From: Isosphaeraceae bacterium
GTDB taxonomy: Bacteria; Planctomycetota; Planctomycetia; Isosphaerales; Isosphaeraceae
NCBI GenBank assembly: GCA_965201075.1
Contig: CBDAVP010000016.1
Coordinates: 62,001-126,000 of the forward strand
Length of the DNA: 64,000 bases
Direction: 5' to 3'
Below, in pieces: positions 9,120 to 18,520 of the stretch. The position numbers and the translations under genes were made by a program. Position 1 is the first letter of the stretch; each line of letters starts with the position of its first letter. The notes under the pieces are model-generated. The model was not told the DNA's origin. It worked only from the letters and a program-made list of their open reading frames with translations, and did no database searches.

Positions 9120-9518
9120 TCAACCTAGGGCCAAGGCGCCGGGGGTTCCGACGGCTGTGGCCCTCAGAGCCTGGCCCGTTTGGGAATCGCGACGAGTGGT
9201 GACGTCGGGGACGCTCCACCATGGCGATACCCTCGCGGGCTGGGATACCGGTCTGGCGAACCAGAACTCGGACCCCAAGGTCTGAGGGGGATAGGTTGAT
9301 CCCGGGAGGTGGGCCATGAGACTTCCCGGCTTTTGGGGAAGTTTCACGGCCGGTCGAATCCCGGCACGCACGGTCTTCGCGACCGCTTCAGGATGGACCG
9401 GACGAATGCGCAGGGTACCGCAGGCCATGTTGGGGGTGCTCGCCGAAGCGAACAGCCGCGCGCCGAGATCGAGCCGGTTCTGAATGTCCGACGAGGTCTG
9501 GGTATTGCGGTCCAACAT
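9120..9518 (-). CDS. Possible upstream ORF / hypothetical protein (132 aa) in the ECF leader
   Basis: ATG preceded by GTGAGGG, same strand as the downstream sigma gene, no recognisable domain. Confidence 0.3.
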   Translation of the reverse strand: MLDRNTQTSSDIQNRLDLGARLFASASTPNMACGTLRIRPVHPEAVAKTVRAGIRPAVKLPQKPGSLMAHLPGSTYPPQTLGSEFWFARPVSQPARVSPWWSVPDVTTRRDSQTGQALRATAVGTPGALALG

Positions 9519-9786
9519 GGCATGGCCCTCACATCCGCCGATTGGGGCGGGTCTGAGAAGTGGGGCGACGTTCCAGGCTGCTCGACGACCCTCTCAAGGC
9601 CGTCGTTCAGGGCCGGTCCAGAAAGATCGGCCGTCGCGGTTTGAGGAACAGTTCCTCGGTCCAGGGAAAGTCGGAAACGAAACAAGGGACGACGGTGGGG
9701 CGACCTCCAAGAGGGCGAAACCTTCAGTCCCAGCCGACGTGGGTCGTGGCGACCGGATGAGGGTATCCACGACCGACTCGTCGCTG

Positions 9787-9812
9787 GGACACCAGGAAGA
9801 TCGTCCCGGTTC
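9787..9812 (-). promoter_or_regulatory. Candidate ECF-type promoter (GAAC-N18-GTC)
   Basis: Minus strand reads GAACCGGGACGATCTTCCTGGTGTCC. An upstream T-tract and a TTCGCGCG direct repeat (9810-9817, 9832-9839) flank it. Confidence 0.4.
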
Positions 9813-9849
9813 GCGCGATTTGGGAAAAACTTTCGCGCGGGCTTCTCAA

Positions 9850-11850
9850 TTATCCCAGATCGGGCGGCTCAGGCAAGCGAACTCGTGAGGAACTTGCCCA
9901 TCGCCAGGCCCCGAAGGCCACGGCGAGGCCGCCGAGGTGCAGCGCCCAACCCCAGGCGAGGTGAGGGGGGACGACTTCCAGGATCACCCACCCGTCGCCA
10001 TCCGCCTGGACCCGGAAGGGCCGCCGCGTCTCGGCGCAACGCATTCCCGGGAAGGCTCGACGGCCGTTGACAACCCACCAGGAGCCCGGGTTCTGGTTGA
10101 GCGAGACGAGTTCGCCAGGTCGGGCCCGCAGAACCACGCGGTTGGGACTCCACGACTCGGGGCGCAGGGGGCCACGGTCGGTCCAGAACTCGCCGAGGTC
10201 GCCGGGTCCGCCGGCCCAGGTCCGGTCGGTCGGGGCGTTGACGTCCAGCCCCAGCAGCGGCTCCTGGACGTGGATCACCCCGTAGCCACGGACCAGCGCC
10301 GGATAGCCCCAGGCATCGTCCAGTTGCCCGATCGGCGAGGCGACGGTCGGTGGCGGGTCGGGCGGTTCGTGCAGGCCGATCCGCGGTTGGCCCAGCAGTG
10401 GCAGGACCCGGAAGGCGTACCACTCGTAATCCCAGCCAATCGCCCCGACGAGTCCCAGCGCGATCACCTTGCGGAGCCGCCCGGGACGGGTCCGTAACGT
10501 GGCGATGGCCCCGGCGGCCGAGAGGGCCACGCCGAGCATCGCGACGAACCGCCAGCGAGTGACCTCGTACATCGTCGAGAACAGGGGAAGGCCCTGGAGC
10601 CAGTGGCTCGGCTGATACCAGGCGATTGTCCCCATCGCCAGCCAGCCGCCCAGGACCGCCAGGGTGTGCCACCATCGCCAACCCCTGGCCACTCCCACAA
10701 TCGCCAGGGCGACCGCGACCGGCCCCAGGTACGTTTGGGTCGCCCAGGTGTAAAACTGGGGCGGATGGGTGAACATCCCGGCGGGATCGAACCGGCCCAG
10801 AACCAGGTTGGGCAGGTCGGAGAAGGGGACGAACCGCGACCCCCGAAGCACCCGGGGGAAGTCGAGGAAGACGGGCACCGTGGCCGCGACCCGCCAGCCG
10901 GCCAGGGCCAGGGCCACGCCGAGGCCGATCGCCGAGTCGGCCCAGAAGCGGCGGTCGCCCCGGGCGACGGCGGCGCGGGCCCAGACGATGGCGACGATCA
11001 GACCGGTGTAGATGGTGCCGTAGTTGATGCCGTTGAGCGCAGCGAACGCCAGCCAGAACCCGAAGCCCACGCCATCGAGCCGCCCGCGTCCGAGGCTGGC
11101 GAGGTGGTTGAGAATCCAGGGGAGGGCGACGACGCTCATGATCGTGTGGTAGCCGGCGACGGCGTCCATTAACATTCCGCCGTGGAGGGCGTAGATCAAG
11201 CCGGCCGCGACGGCCCCGCAAGGGTCTCCCAGCCAACGCAGGGCCAGGCGACGCGCCCCCTCGGCTGAGAGCAGGAGGCAGGCGACCGTGGCCAGGCGCA
11301 TTCCCACGGGTGTGCCGAAGATCAGCACCAACGGCGTGGCGACTCCCCAGACGCCGCACTGGGGGTTGCCCGCCAGGGGGAATCCGCCGCGAGTCCACGG
11401 GTCCCACCAGGGCCACTGGCCCCATCGCAGGATCGTCTGGCGGACGGCTTCGTAGCGTTGGAAGTTCAGGTCCCAGTCGTTGTGAGCCGAGGCATAAGGG
11501 TGTCGCAGGATGGGAATGAGCAAGGCGAGGCAGGCCAGCCAGAGCCCCACGGCGTAAAAAAGTCCTCCCCTGGCCGGGGACTGGGGCGGCAGGTCGTCCC
11601 CCGGCCGGACCGTCGCCAGTCTCAGCAGTCCCATCAGGCCGAACGCGAGGAAACCGCAAACGGTCAAGGCCCGGCGGTATGGGTCCCAGGGGATCGCCAG
11701 GAACAGGTCGGGCAGCAGAGTCAGGACGAACAGCGCGGGGACGACCAGGATGCCAAGGTAGAGGGTCAGGCGGGGGCGTCGGCGAGCCAGATCGGTCGCT
11801 CGACGGAAAGCGGCCTTGCCGACGCGGATCGCCGTCGCCAGGAAGTTCAT
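9850..11850 (-). CDS. Polytopic membrane protein, YfhO/GT-C glycosyltransferase-like
   Basis: Many TM helices. GQWPWWDPWTRGGFPLAGNPQ and C-terminal ESWSPNRV...LNQNPGSWW resemble YfhO-like proteins. ATG 11850 overlaps the upstream TGA (ATGA). Confidence 0.7.
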   Translation of the reverse strand: MNFLATAIRVGKAAFRRATDLARRRPRLTLYLGILVVPALFVLTLLPDLFLAIPWDPYRRALTVCGFLAFGLMGLLRLATVRPGDDLPPQSPARGGLFYAVGLWLACLALLIPILRHPYASAHNDWDLNFQRYEAVRQTILRWGQWPWWDPWTRGGFPLAGNPQCGVWGVATPLVLIFGTPVGMRLATVACLLLSAEGARRLALRWLGDPCGAVAAGLIYALHGGMLMDAVAGYHTIMSVVALPWILNHLASLGRGRLDGVGFGFWLAFAALNGINYGTIYTGLIVAIVWARAAVARGDRRFWADSAIGLGVALALAGWRVAATVPVFLDFPRVLRGSRFVPFSDLPNLVLGRFDPAGMFTHPPQFYTWATQTYLGPVAVALAIVGVARGWRWWHTLAVLGGWLAMGTIAWYQPSHWLQGLPLFSTMYEVTRWRFVAMLGVALSAAGAIATLRTRPGRLRKVIALGLVGAIGWDYEWYAFRVLPLLGQPRIGLHEPPDPPPTVASPIGQLDDAWGYPALVRGYGVIHVQEPLLGLDVNAPTDRTWAGGPGDLGEFWTDRGPLRPESWSPNRVVLRARPGELVSLNQNPGSWWVVNGRRAFPGMRCAETRRPFRVQADGDGWVILEVVPPHLAWGWALHLGGLAVAFGAWRWASSSRVRLPEPPDLG

Positions 11851-12708
11851 GAAGGTTCCCAACGACCGGCGAACCCGTCCCGGTGGAGACCAACCCGCCC
11901 AGGGATGTGCCGGCGCGCCACTTGCGCCATAGTAATAAGGTAGGGGAGGTCGACCGAACTGGGGTCAACCGCCGCCATCGACGCCGGCAAAGCGGTCCGT
12001 CGGGTGCGGGAGCCGGTGGCCGACCCGTCGCCGCCGATGAAGTGATCCAGCACCACCGCGTCCGCCGAGGCCGCCACCCGGGCGAAGAACGATTCGGGGT
12101 CGTCGATCGGCAAGAGAGGCGACACCGTCACCACCACGAAGACACCCGCCGCCTTCAGGGCCGAGGCCGCCTCGAACCGCTTCGCCACCGAGCTGGCCGG
12201 CGGGGGCAGGCCGGGCAGGCGTTCGCGGTCGGTCTCGATCGAGATGTGGACTCGCAGTTCGCACCGTCGGGCCAGCGTCACCAGGAGGTCGGCGAAGTCG
12301 GCGACCCGGTGCGAGTGGGTCTGGACGATCAGGGCATCGGGCGGGTGGTCGAGCATCGCGGCCAGGACCGAGCGGGTGACTCCGAATCGGGTCTCCTGGG
12401 GGCGGGAATGGCTCGGTCGCGCTGGACAGAAAGATGCCGAAGGATTGCTGTCGACGATGGGCCCAGGCTCGCTCTCGTTGGAACCCTTGGAGGTAGGATT
12501 CGGCGGCGTTGGCACGGACCTCCCAGAAGGTTCCCCAGGGCTGGCCGCCGGTCAGGTGAATGTTGTGCCGGACGTAACAGCCGACTCCGCAGAGGGATTG
12601 GCCGAAAGGGCAGCCCCGGTAGGGCTGGAGGGAGTGCGAGGCGATCCCCTGCAAATAGCCGCCAGCCCGGGTCAGGATCGAGCGGACGGTCGCGGTGGTC
12701 GTCTTCAT
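11847..12708 (-). pseudogene. SPL-family radical SAM protein interrupted by a +1 frameshift (pseudogene, recoding or sequencing error)
   Basis: One frame reads SLQPYRGCPFGQSLCGVGCYV...IFLSSATEPFPP; another continues QETRFGVTRSVL...VQTHS...ISIETD...VTVSPLLP. Removing one base of the G5 run at 12398-12402 gives one 286-aa ORF. Confidence 0.85.
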
Positions 12709-15671
12709 CGAGAGGCCACCGCCATCGCCGGTTGGGTGGTCGAGGGTGTGCCTGGGATGTCCAGTTGGCCCGCGAGGATCTCAATGGGGTGGCGGACCTC
12801 GACGCCGGTCAGCCCGTGGACCTGGCTCCGGCAGGAGAAGCCAGGGGCGACGAGTTCGGCGTTGGGGTTCTCAGCCAGGGCCGGCAGGAGGACGCGGTTG
12901 GCCAGGGCGACGCTGAGGTCGTAGTGCCCCGCTTCGTAGCCAAACGACCCGGCCATTCCACAGCAGCCGGAATCGAGGTCGCGTACTTCCAGATCGGGAA
13001 TGCGGCGCAGGGCGGCGACGGTTCCGGCCGTCCCCACCAGGGCCTTCTGGTGGCAATGGCCGTGGAGCAGGATTGTCCCCGTCCTTGGTGCCAGCGGCAG
13101 GTCGGGGACAAGCTCGGGATCGGCCAGGAAGTCGTCGAGCAGCCGGGAGCGCGAGGCGACGAGGTCGGCGTCGGGGCCGAGGCGGAAGTCCCGGTATTCG
13201 TCGGCGAGGGTCAACAGACAACTGGGCTCGACGCCCAGGATTGGCGTCCCCCGGCGGGCGTCGTCGGTGAGTCGGGCGACATTCTCTCGGGCGAGGTCGC
13301 GAGCCGTGTCGAGCAGTCCCTTGGAGATGGCCGGTCGTCCGCAGCAGGCCAGTCCCGCCAGGCGGACCCGGTAGCCGGCGGCTTCCAGCAGGTCCACCGC
13401 CGCCCGGCCGACCCGGGGCTCGTTGTAGGTGGTGAAGCAGTCGTCCAGCAGGATCACCTCGCCTCGTAAGGCGGGCTTGGGGCGTCGACGGCGGAACCAG
13501 GAGCGGAGGTCGTCGCGGTCGAAACGAGGGAGGATGCGGCGGCGGTCGATCCCGGCGGTCTTTTCCAGGAGCCAGCGGAACGGCAGGGACCGGGCGGTCG
13601 CGTTGGCCAACGGGGCGAAGGCCGAGCCCCAGGGGTTGAGTTGGTGGATATGGCCCATCAAGAGCGAGCCCAGCGGCGGCGGGGTGGAGTGGTGTCGCTG
13701 GTGGAGGTATTCGGCCTTGAGCTTGGCCATGTCGACGTTGGAGGGGCATTCCGACTTGCACGCCTTGCACTGGAGGCAAAGGTCCATCGCGCGGGCGAGC
13801 GTCGGGTCGTGGAGGCCGGCTCCCTGGAGTTTGCCGGAGAGGGCGAGTCTGAGGGCGTTGGCGCGGCCTCGGGTGGAATGCTCCTCGTCGCGAGTGACCA
13901 TGAAGCTGGGGCACATCGTCCCGGAGCCGGTCTTGCGGCAGGCACCGACGCCCGAGCACATCTCGACGGCGCGGGCAAACCCCCCCTGCCCTTTGAAGTC
14001 GAGCGTCGTGGCGGCCGGCTCGTCGATGAAGGTGTCCGGGCCGATGCGGAGGTGCGCGCCGGGGTCGGGGTCGGCGACGACCTTGCCGGGATTCAGACGA
14101 TTGCGAGGGTCGAACGCGTGCTTGATTCGGCCGAACGCCTGGTAGACCTCGGGGCCGAACAGATCGGCATTCCAGCGGCTACGGGCGAGGCCGTCACCAT
14201 GCTCGCCGCTCATCGACCCGCCGAACTCGCGGACCAACGCGGCGACATCGGCGGCGATGGCGCGAAGCTGGTCGACCCCCTCGCGGGTCTTGACGTTGAG
14301 GACCGGGCGGATGTGCAGGCAGCCGACGTCGGCGTGTCCGTAGCAGGCGCCGTGGGTTCCGTGCTGGGCGAGGAGGGTCTGGAAGCGGTCGTAAAAGGCA
14401 GGGAGTTGTTCGGGGGAAACGGCGGTGTCCTCGACGAAGGCGACGGGCTTGGCGTCGCCGACCATGCCCATCAGAAGGGAGACGCCGGCCTTGCGGACCT
14501 TCCAGAAGTCGTCCTTGGCCGAGGCCGTCAGGCTCTGGCGGACACCGAGCACGCCGGGGCGTCCCTCGAAGCGGCGGGCGAGGTCGGCGGCGCGGTCGGC
14601 CAGTTCGGCGGGGGAGTCGGCGTAATACTGAGCGGCCAGGACGGCGGCGGGTCGGCCCTCGGCGAAGTGGAGATGACGGGCGCAGTCGGGATTTCTGGCG
14701 GCGAGGTCCAGAATCATCCGGTCCACCATCTCGACGGCCGCCGGCCCGGTCTCCAGAATCTCCCCGAGTCGACCCAGGGCCGCCGGGATCGTGGCGAACG
14801 ACAGGACGACCAGCCCCTGAGCCGGAGGAATCGGCACCAGCGAGAGTTCCGCGCCGGCGACCACCGCAAGGGTTCCTTCCGAGCCCACGATGAGTTTGGC
14901 AAGGTTGAACGCCCAGGGCGGTTCGGTCCAGCCGGGGGGACGAACCGGCAGGTCCGGGACGAACTCGTCGAGGTTGTAACCGCTGACCCTTCGCAACAAG
15001 CGGGGGAAGTGGGCGACGATCGCGTCTTGGTGGGCCGCCACCTCGTCGCGGACGGTCCGGTGCAACTGGGAGGCGCGGTCGGTTCCCCAACAAACGCGGT
15101 CCAGATCGCCCGGAGAGACGGGACCGAACAAGGCGCGGGTGCCGTCGTCGAGGATCACGTCCAGCGATCGGACGTTCTCAACGACCTTGCCGTACTTCAA
15201 GGACCGGGCGCCCGCGGAGTTGTTGCCGATCATGCCGCCAAGGGTGGCGCGGTCGGACGTGGAGACATCCGGGCCGAACATCAGGCCCAGCGGCTTGAGG
15301 TGGGCGTTGAGGTGGTCAAGCACGACGCCCGGCTCGATCTTGACGGTCATCCGGCCTCGGTCAACGACGCCGACGCGGTCGAGGTACTTGGTGAAGTCGA
15401 GGATCAGGGCCTCGCCGACGGTCTGGCCGGACAGACTTGTGGCGGCGCCCCGGGGCAGGACCGGCACGCCTTCCTCATACGCGAACTTGACGGCGAGGGC
15501 CGCGTCGTCGACGGACCTGGGAACGAAGACACCGAGTGGTTGGATCTGGTAGAGGCTGGCGTCGGTCGAGTAGAGGCCAAGGCTGCCGGAGTCGAAGCGG
15601 ACCTCGCCGCGCGTTTCCCGGGCGAGGCGGCGGGCGAGGCGGTCGACGGCGTTGCGGGGGGGCGTGGGCAT
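12705..15671 (-). CDS. FAD-binding and Fe-S-binding oxidoreductase (GlcD/GlcF fusion, YdiJ/D-2-hydroxyacid dehydrogenase-like)
   Basis: 988 aa. PRGAATSLSGQ, ATLGGMIGNN, GSEGTLA, SGEHGDG, ferredoxin motifs CSGVGAC..MCP and CLQCKACKSECP, and two CCG motifs. Confidence 0.9.
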   Translation of the reverse strand: MPTPPRNAVDRLARRLARETRGEVRFDSGSLGLYSTDASLYQIQPLGVFVPRSVDDAALAVKFAYEEGVPVLPRGAATSLSGQTVGEALILDFTKYLDRVGVVDRGRMTVKIEPGVVLDHLNAHLKPLGLMFGPDVSTSDRATLGGMIGNNSAGARSLKYGKVVENVRSLDVILDDGTRALFGPVSPGDLDRVCWGTDRASQLHRTVRDEVAAHQDAIVAHFPRLLRRVSGYNLDEFVPDLPVRPPGWTEPPWAFNLAKLIVGSEGTLAVVAGAELSLVPIPPAQGLVVLSFATIPAALGRLGEILETGPAAVEMVDRMILDLAARNPDCARHLHFAEGRPAAVLAAQYYADSPAELADRAADLARRFEGRPGVLGVRQSLTASAKDDFWKVRKAGVSLLMGMVGDAKPVAFVEDTAVSPEQLPAFYDRFQTLLAQHGTHGACYGHADVGCLHIRPVLNVKTREGVDQLRAIAADVAALVREFGGSMSGEHGDGLARSRWNADLFGPEVYQAFGRIKHAFDPRNRLNPGKVVADPDPGAHLRIGPDTFIDEPAATTLDFKGQGGFARAVEMCSGVGACRKTGSGTMCPSFMVTRDEEHSTRGRANALRLALSGKLQGAGLHDPTLARAMDLCLQCKACKSECPSNVDMAKLKAEYLHQRHHSTPPPLGSLLMGHIHQLNPWGSAFAPLANATARSLPFRWLLEKTAGIDRRRILPRFDRDDLRSWFRRRRPKPALRGEVILLDDCFTTYNEPRVGRAAVDLLEAAGYRVRLAGLACCGRPAISKGLLDTARDLARENVARLTDDARRGTPILGVEPSCLLTLADEYRDFRLGPDADLVASRSRLLDDFLADPELVPDLPLAPRTGTILLHGHCHQKALVGTAGTVAALRRIPDLEVRDLDSGCCGMAGSFGYEAGHYDLSVALANRVLLPALAENPNAELVAPGFSCRSQVHGLTGVEVRHPIEILAGQLDIPGTPSTTQPAMAVASR

Positions 15672-15778
15672 CGTCGACGAATCCCAAGCCGTCCGGGCGG
15701 GGGTGGGGTGCGGTCCATCGACCTTTATTGTAGGAAGCCGCGGAGGGGTTCGCCAGCCGGGCGGGTGGGTGGGTCAAG

Positions 15779-18520
15779 TCACGCCCGGACGAGGATGGCC
15801 GGGTCGCCCAGGTCGATCATCCGCCCGGCCTCGGCGGGGAACCAGTCGGGTCGGCAGGTGAAGACCAGGATTTGCAGAGGGCCGGCGGGCGGGGTGGTCG
15901 AAGGGTCGCCCGCGGCGGCGGTTTTCAAGACGGCTCTCATGCCTTCGAGCCGCCTGGGGTCGCTGTGGGTCAGCGGGTCGTCCAGCACGGCGACGGCCGC
16001 CTCACGGCCGGTCGAGAGCAGCGAACCCAGGGCCAGGCGGACCATGAGGGTTAACTGTTCCTGAGTGCCCGTCGATTCCTGGTCGAGCGGGAAGACCTCG
16101 CCCCGTCCCTTGCGGATGAGCCCGTGGGGAAGGAACTGGTCTCCACATTCGAGGGCCTGGTAGTCGGCCAGGCCCAGCAACCGCATCCAGCGCTGGACGC
16201 GATCGGTCATGGGAGCGACGACGGCTCCCATTTGCTTTTGGCGGCAGTCCTCAAACAGGGCGTGGAGGCGGTCGAAGGCGGCGGCCTCCAGGGTTTCGCG
16301 TTCGGTCTCGTGGAGGAGCGCGGCGACGGCGGCCTCGGCCTCGGCCCGTTGCTGGTGGAGCCCTGCCGAACCGCTGAGTGAGCCTTGCAGACGGTGCAAC
16401 TCCTCCTGGATCGCCGCGTACCGCTCCTGTCCCTGACGGAGGCTGTCCCGGGCCTGGGCGAGCTGGTCGGGCAGGCCGAGTTCCTCGTCGGTCGGTTGCG
16501 TTGACTTCAAGGTTTCGAGGGCCTGGTCGTGGGCGATGATGGCGGCGTCTCGGCTGCTGGTCAGGTCCGCCAGGCTCGGGTGGTTTTCGAGCGCCTGTTG
16601 CAGCGCCTGGGCCGCGCCCTTCGCCTCGGACTGGGCGTTGCGGGCGGCGCCGGCGCGGGCTCTCAGGCCGTCGGGCGTTCCCTCGAGTTCCCGGATCGCC
16701 TGGGCTCGGGACTTGTTGAGGCTAGTAATCTCGGCGTCCCCATCCGCCAGGCGTGACCGGAGCGACGTGGGGTTCGTTGAGGGGTCCGTCGGGGCGGGGA
16801 GGTTAGCCAGGCGTTCGTGGGCGACGAGAATGGCGGCCTCAAGGCGTTCGCATTCCTGGACAATTTTGTCGAGGTCGGCGACGCCCAGCGCCTTTTGCTC
16901 TCGGAGGAGGCGGTCCCTGGTCACTGCCCGGCCGGAGTGGTCCGTGAAGGCCGCGCGGAGGCGGTCGAGGGCGTCGGACTCGTCTCCTGAAAGGCCGAAC
17001 GGGGCGATCTGGGAGCGGAATTCTCGGTCGAGGCGGTCCACCTCGCGTTCGATGTCCTCTAACTGCCGGGAGTCGGTGCCTCGGGCGATCTCGATGGTTC
17101 CCCACCCGGGCAGGGTCAAGCTCAGGTGGCGGCGGGCGGCCCAGCGACCGGCGTGGTTGATGAGGGTGGGTGCTTCGCCGTCGAGGACGAGGGTCGCGGG
17201 GGGTGCCTCCGGGGCGGGTTTCAGGAGCAGGGCCATCGCGGCGGCGTCGATCTGGGCTTGTTGACGCTGGGCCTGGTCGCGGTTGGCCACCAGCGTTTGG
17301 AGGAGTTCGCGGGTGGGGGCCGGCTGCTCTCGGTCGAGTTTGCGGAGCGATTCAAGTTCCTGTTGAAGATGATCCGCCTGGTCGCGTTGGGTCCGTTTCT
17401 GGGTCAGGAGGGAACGCTGCTGGTCGAGCCGTTCTTGCTCGTCAACCCGCTTCAGGACGAGTTGGACTGCGGACATCTGGATGCGGGCAGTATCAAGGCG
17501 GGCGTCGAGGTGGGCCAGTTGGTCCTGGGCGGCGTCGCGGGCGGCTTCGGCTTGCTCGGCGCGGTTGGAAGCGGCCTTGAGGCGAAGGTGGGCCTGATCC
17601 CGGAGGCGCTGGGCGTCCTCGCGGTCGTCCAGGCGTTTCCGAGAGGAGAGGACCTCCCGATCGGCGGCCTCGGCGGCCATCTTGGCGAGGCGGAAGGCTT
17701 CGAGGCGCGCGCGGACCTCTCGCTCCCGCACTTCTCGTTGCTGGACCTCGGCGTCTCGGCGGCGAAGTTCGGTCTGGAGGTTCACCGAGTCGGTTTCGAG
17801 ATACTCAGCGCGGGCGAGCCACGCCTCGATGGCGCGGAACTGGTCGTCGAGGCGGCTCCGTTCGGCCTGAAACTCGGCGAGACGTTCCAGGTCCTTGACG
17901 AGTTCGCAGGATTTCGGGCGATTGGGCGTTTGGCCGGGGCGGCTTTTGGGGGTGTGCCAGTTGAGCCAGCGCGTTTTGATCTTGGCCAGCAGGGCGTCGT
18001 CGAGGGGCGTCTGCATCACGCCGAGGATGCTTCTCAGGCGGCCTTGCAGTTCGTCGTCGATTCCTTTTTCGGGCAGGTGGATGTCGGTTTGACGCAGCCA
18101 GAGGAGTTGCGGGAGGCCGCGTTCGGAGCCCTTCGCGCCGGCCAGGGCCAGGGTCTGGTCGTGGACCTCGGCGGGAGTTCGGGTGATGGTCGACCAGCCG
18201 CCGGGGGCGAAGCGTTCGAGCGAACAGGACCCGCCCGACTTCTTGAACTCCTTGAGGACCCGGTAGCGGCCCCCGTCGGCCTGGAATTCGACCGTGACGC
18301 GGGGGGCGTCGGTGGTCCAGTCGGGAAAGTAGCGGCGAAGCTCGGCCTTCGCGGAAGTGGCCGGGAAGTCGAACAGCGTGGCCCTCAGGGCGGCGACGAG
18401 ACTGCTTTTGCCGGTGCGATTGGGTCCGTGGAGGACGACCACGCCGGATTCGGGCAGGTTGTCGATGACGGCGTGGCGGATGCAGGACCAGTTTTCGACC
18501 TCGAAGCGCTGGAGGATCAT
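15779..18520 (-). CDS. Rad50/SMC-like ATPase (YhaN/SbcE-like)
   Basis: 913 aa. Walker A HGPNRTGKSS, Q-loop LWLRQ, long coiled coils, signature ESTGTQEQL, Walker B/D-loop VAVLDDPLTHSD and H-loop region ILVFTC. Confidence 0.88.
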   Translation of the reverse strand: MILQRFEVENWSCIRHAVIDNLPESGVVVLHGPNRTGKSSLVAALRATLFDFPATSAKAELRRYFPDWTTDAPRVTVEFQADGGRYRVLKEFKKSGGSCSLERFAPGGWSTITRTPAEVHDQTLALAGAKGSERGLPQLLWLRQTDIHLPEKGIDDELQGRLRSILGVMQTPLDDALLAKIKTRWLNWHTPKSRPGQTPNRPKSCELVKDLERLAEFQAERSRLDDQFRAIEAWLARAEYLETDSVNLQTELRRRDAEVQQREVREREVRARLEAFRLAKMAAEAADREVLSSRKRLDDREDAQRLRDQAHLRLKAASNRAEQAEAARDAAQDQLAHLDARLDTARIQMSAVQLVLKRVDEQERLDQQRSLLTQKRTQRDQADHLQQELESLRKLDREQPAPTRELLQTLVANRDQAQRQQAQIDAAAMALLLKPAPEAPPATLVLDGEAPTLINHAGRWAARRHLSLTLPGWGTIEIARGTDSRQLEDIEREVDRLDREFRSQIAPFGLSGDESDALDRLRAAFTDHSGRAVTRDRLLREQKALGVADLDKIVQECERLEAAILVAHERLANLPAPTDPSTNPTSLRSRLADGDAEITSLNKSRAQAIRELEGTPDGLRARAGAARNAQSEAKGAAQALQQALENHPSLADLTSSRDAAIIAHDQALETLKSTQPTDEELGLPDQLAQARDSLRQGQERYAAIQEELHRLQGSLSGSAGLHQQRAEAEAAVAALLHETERETLEAAAFDRLHALFEDCRQKQMGAVVAPMTDRVQRWMRLLGLADYQALECGDQFLPHGLIRKGRGEVFPLDQESTGTQEQLTLMVRLALGSLLSTGREAAVAVLDDPLTHSDPRRLEGMRAVLKTAAAGDPSTTPPAGPLQILVFTCRPDWFPAEAGRMIDLGDPAILVRA

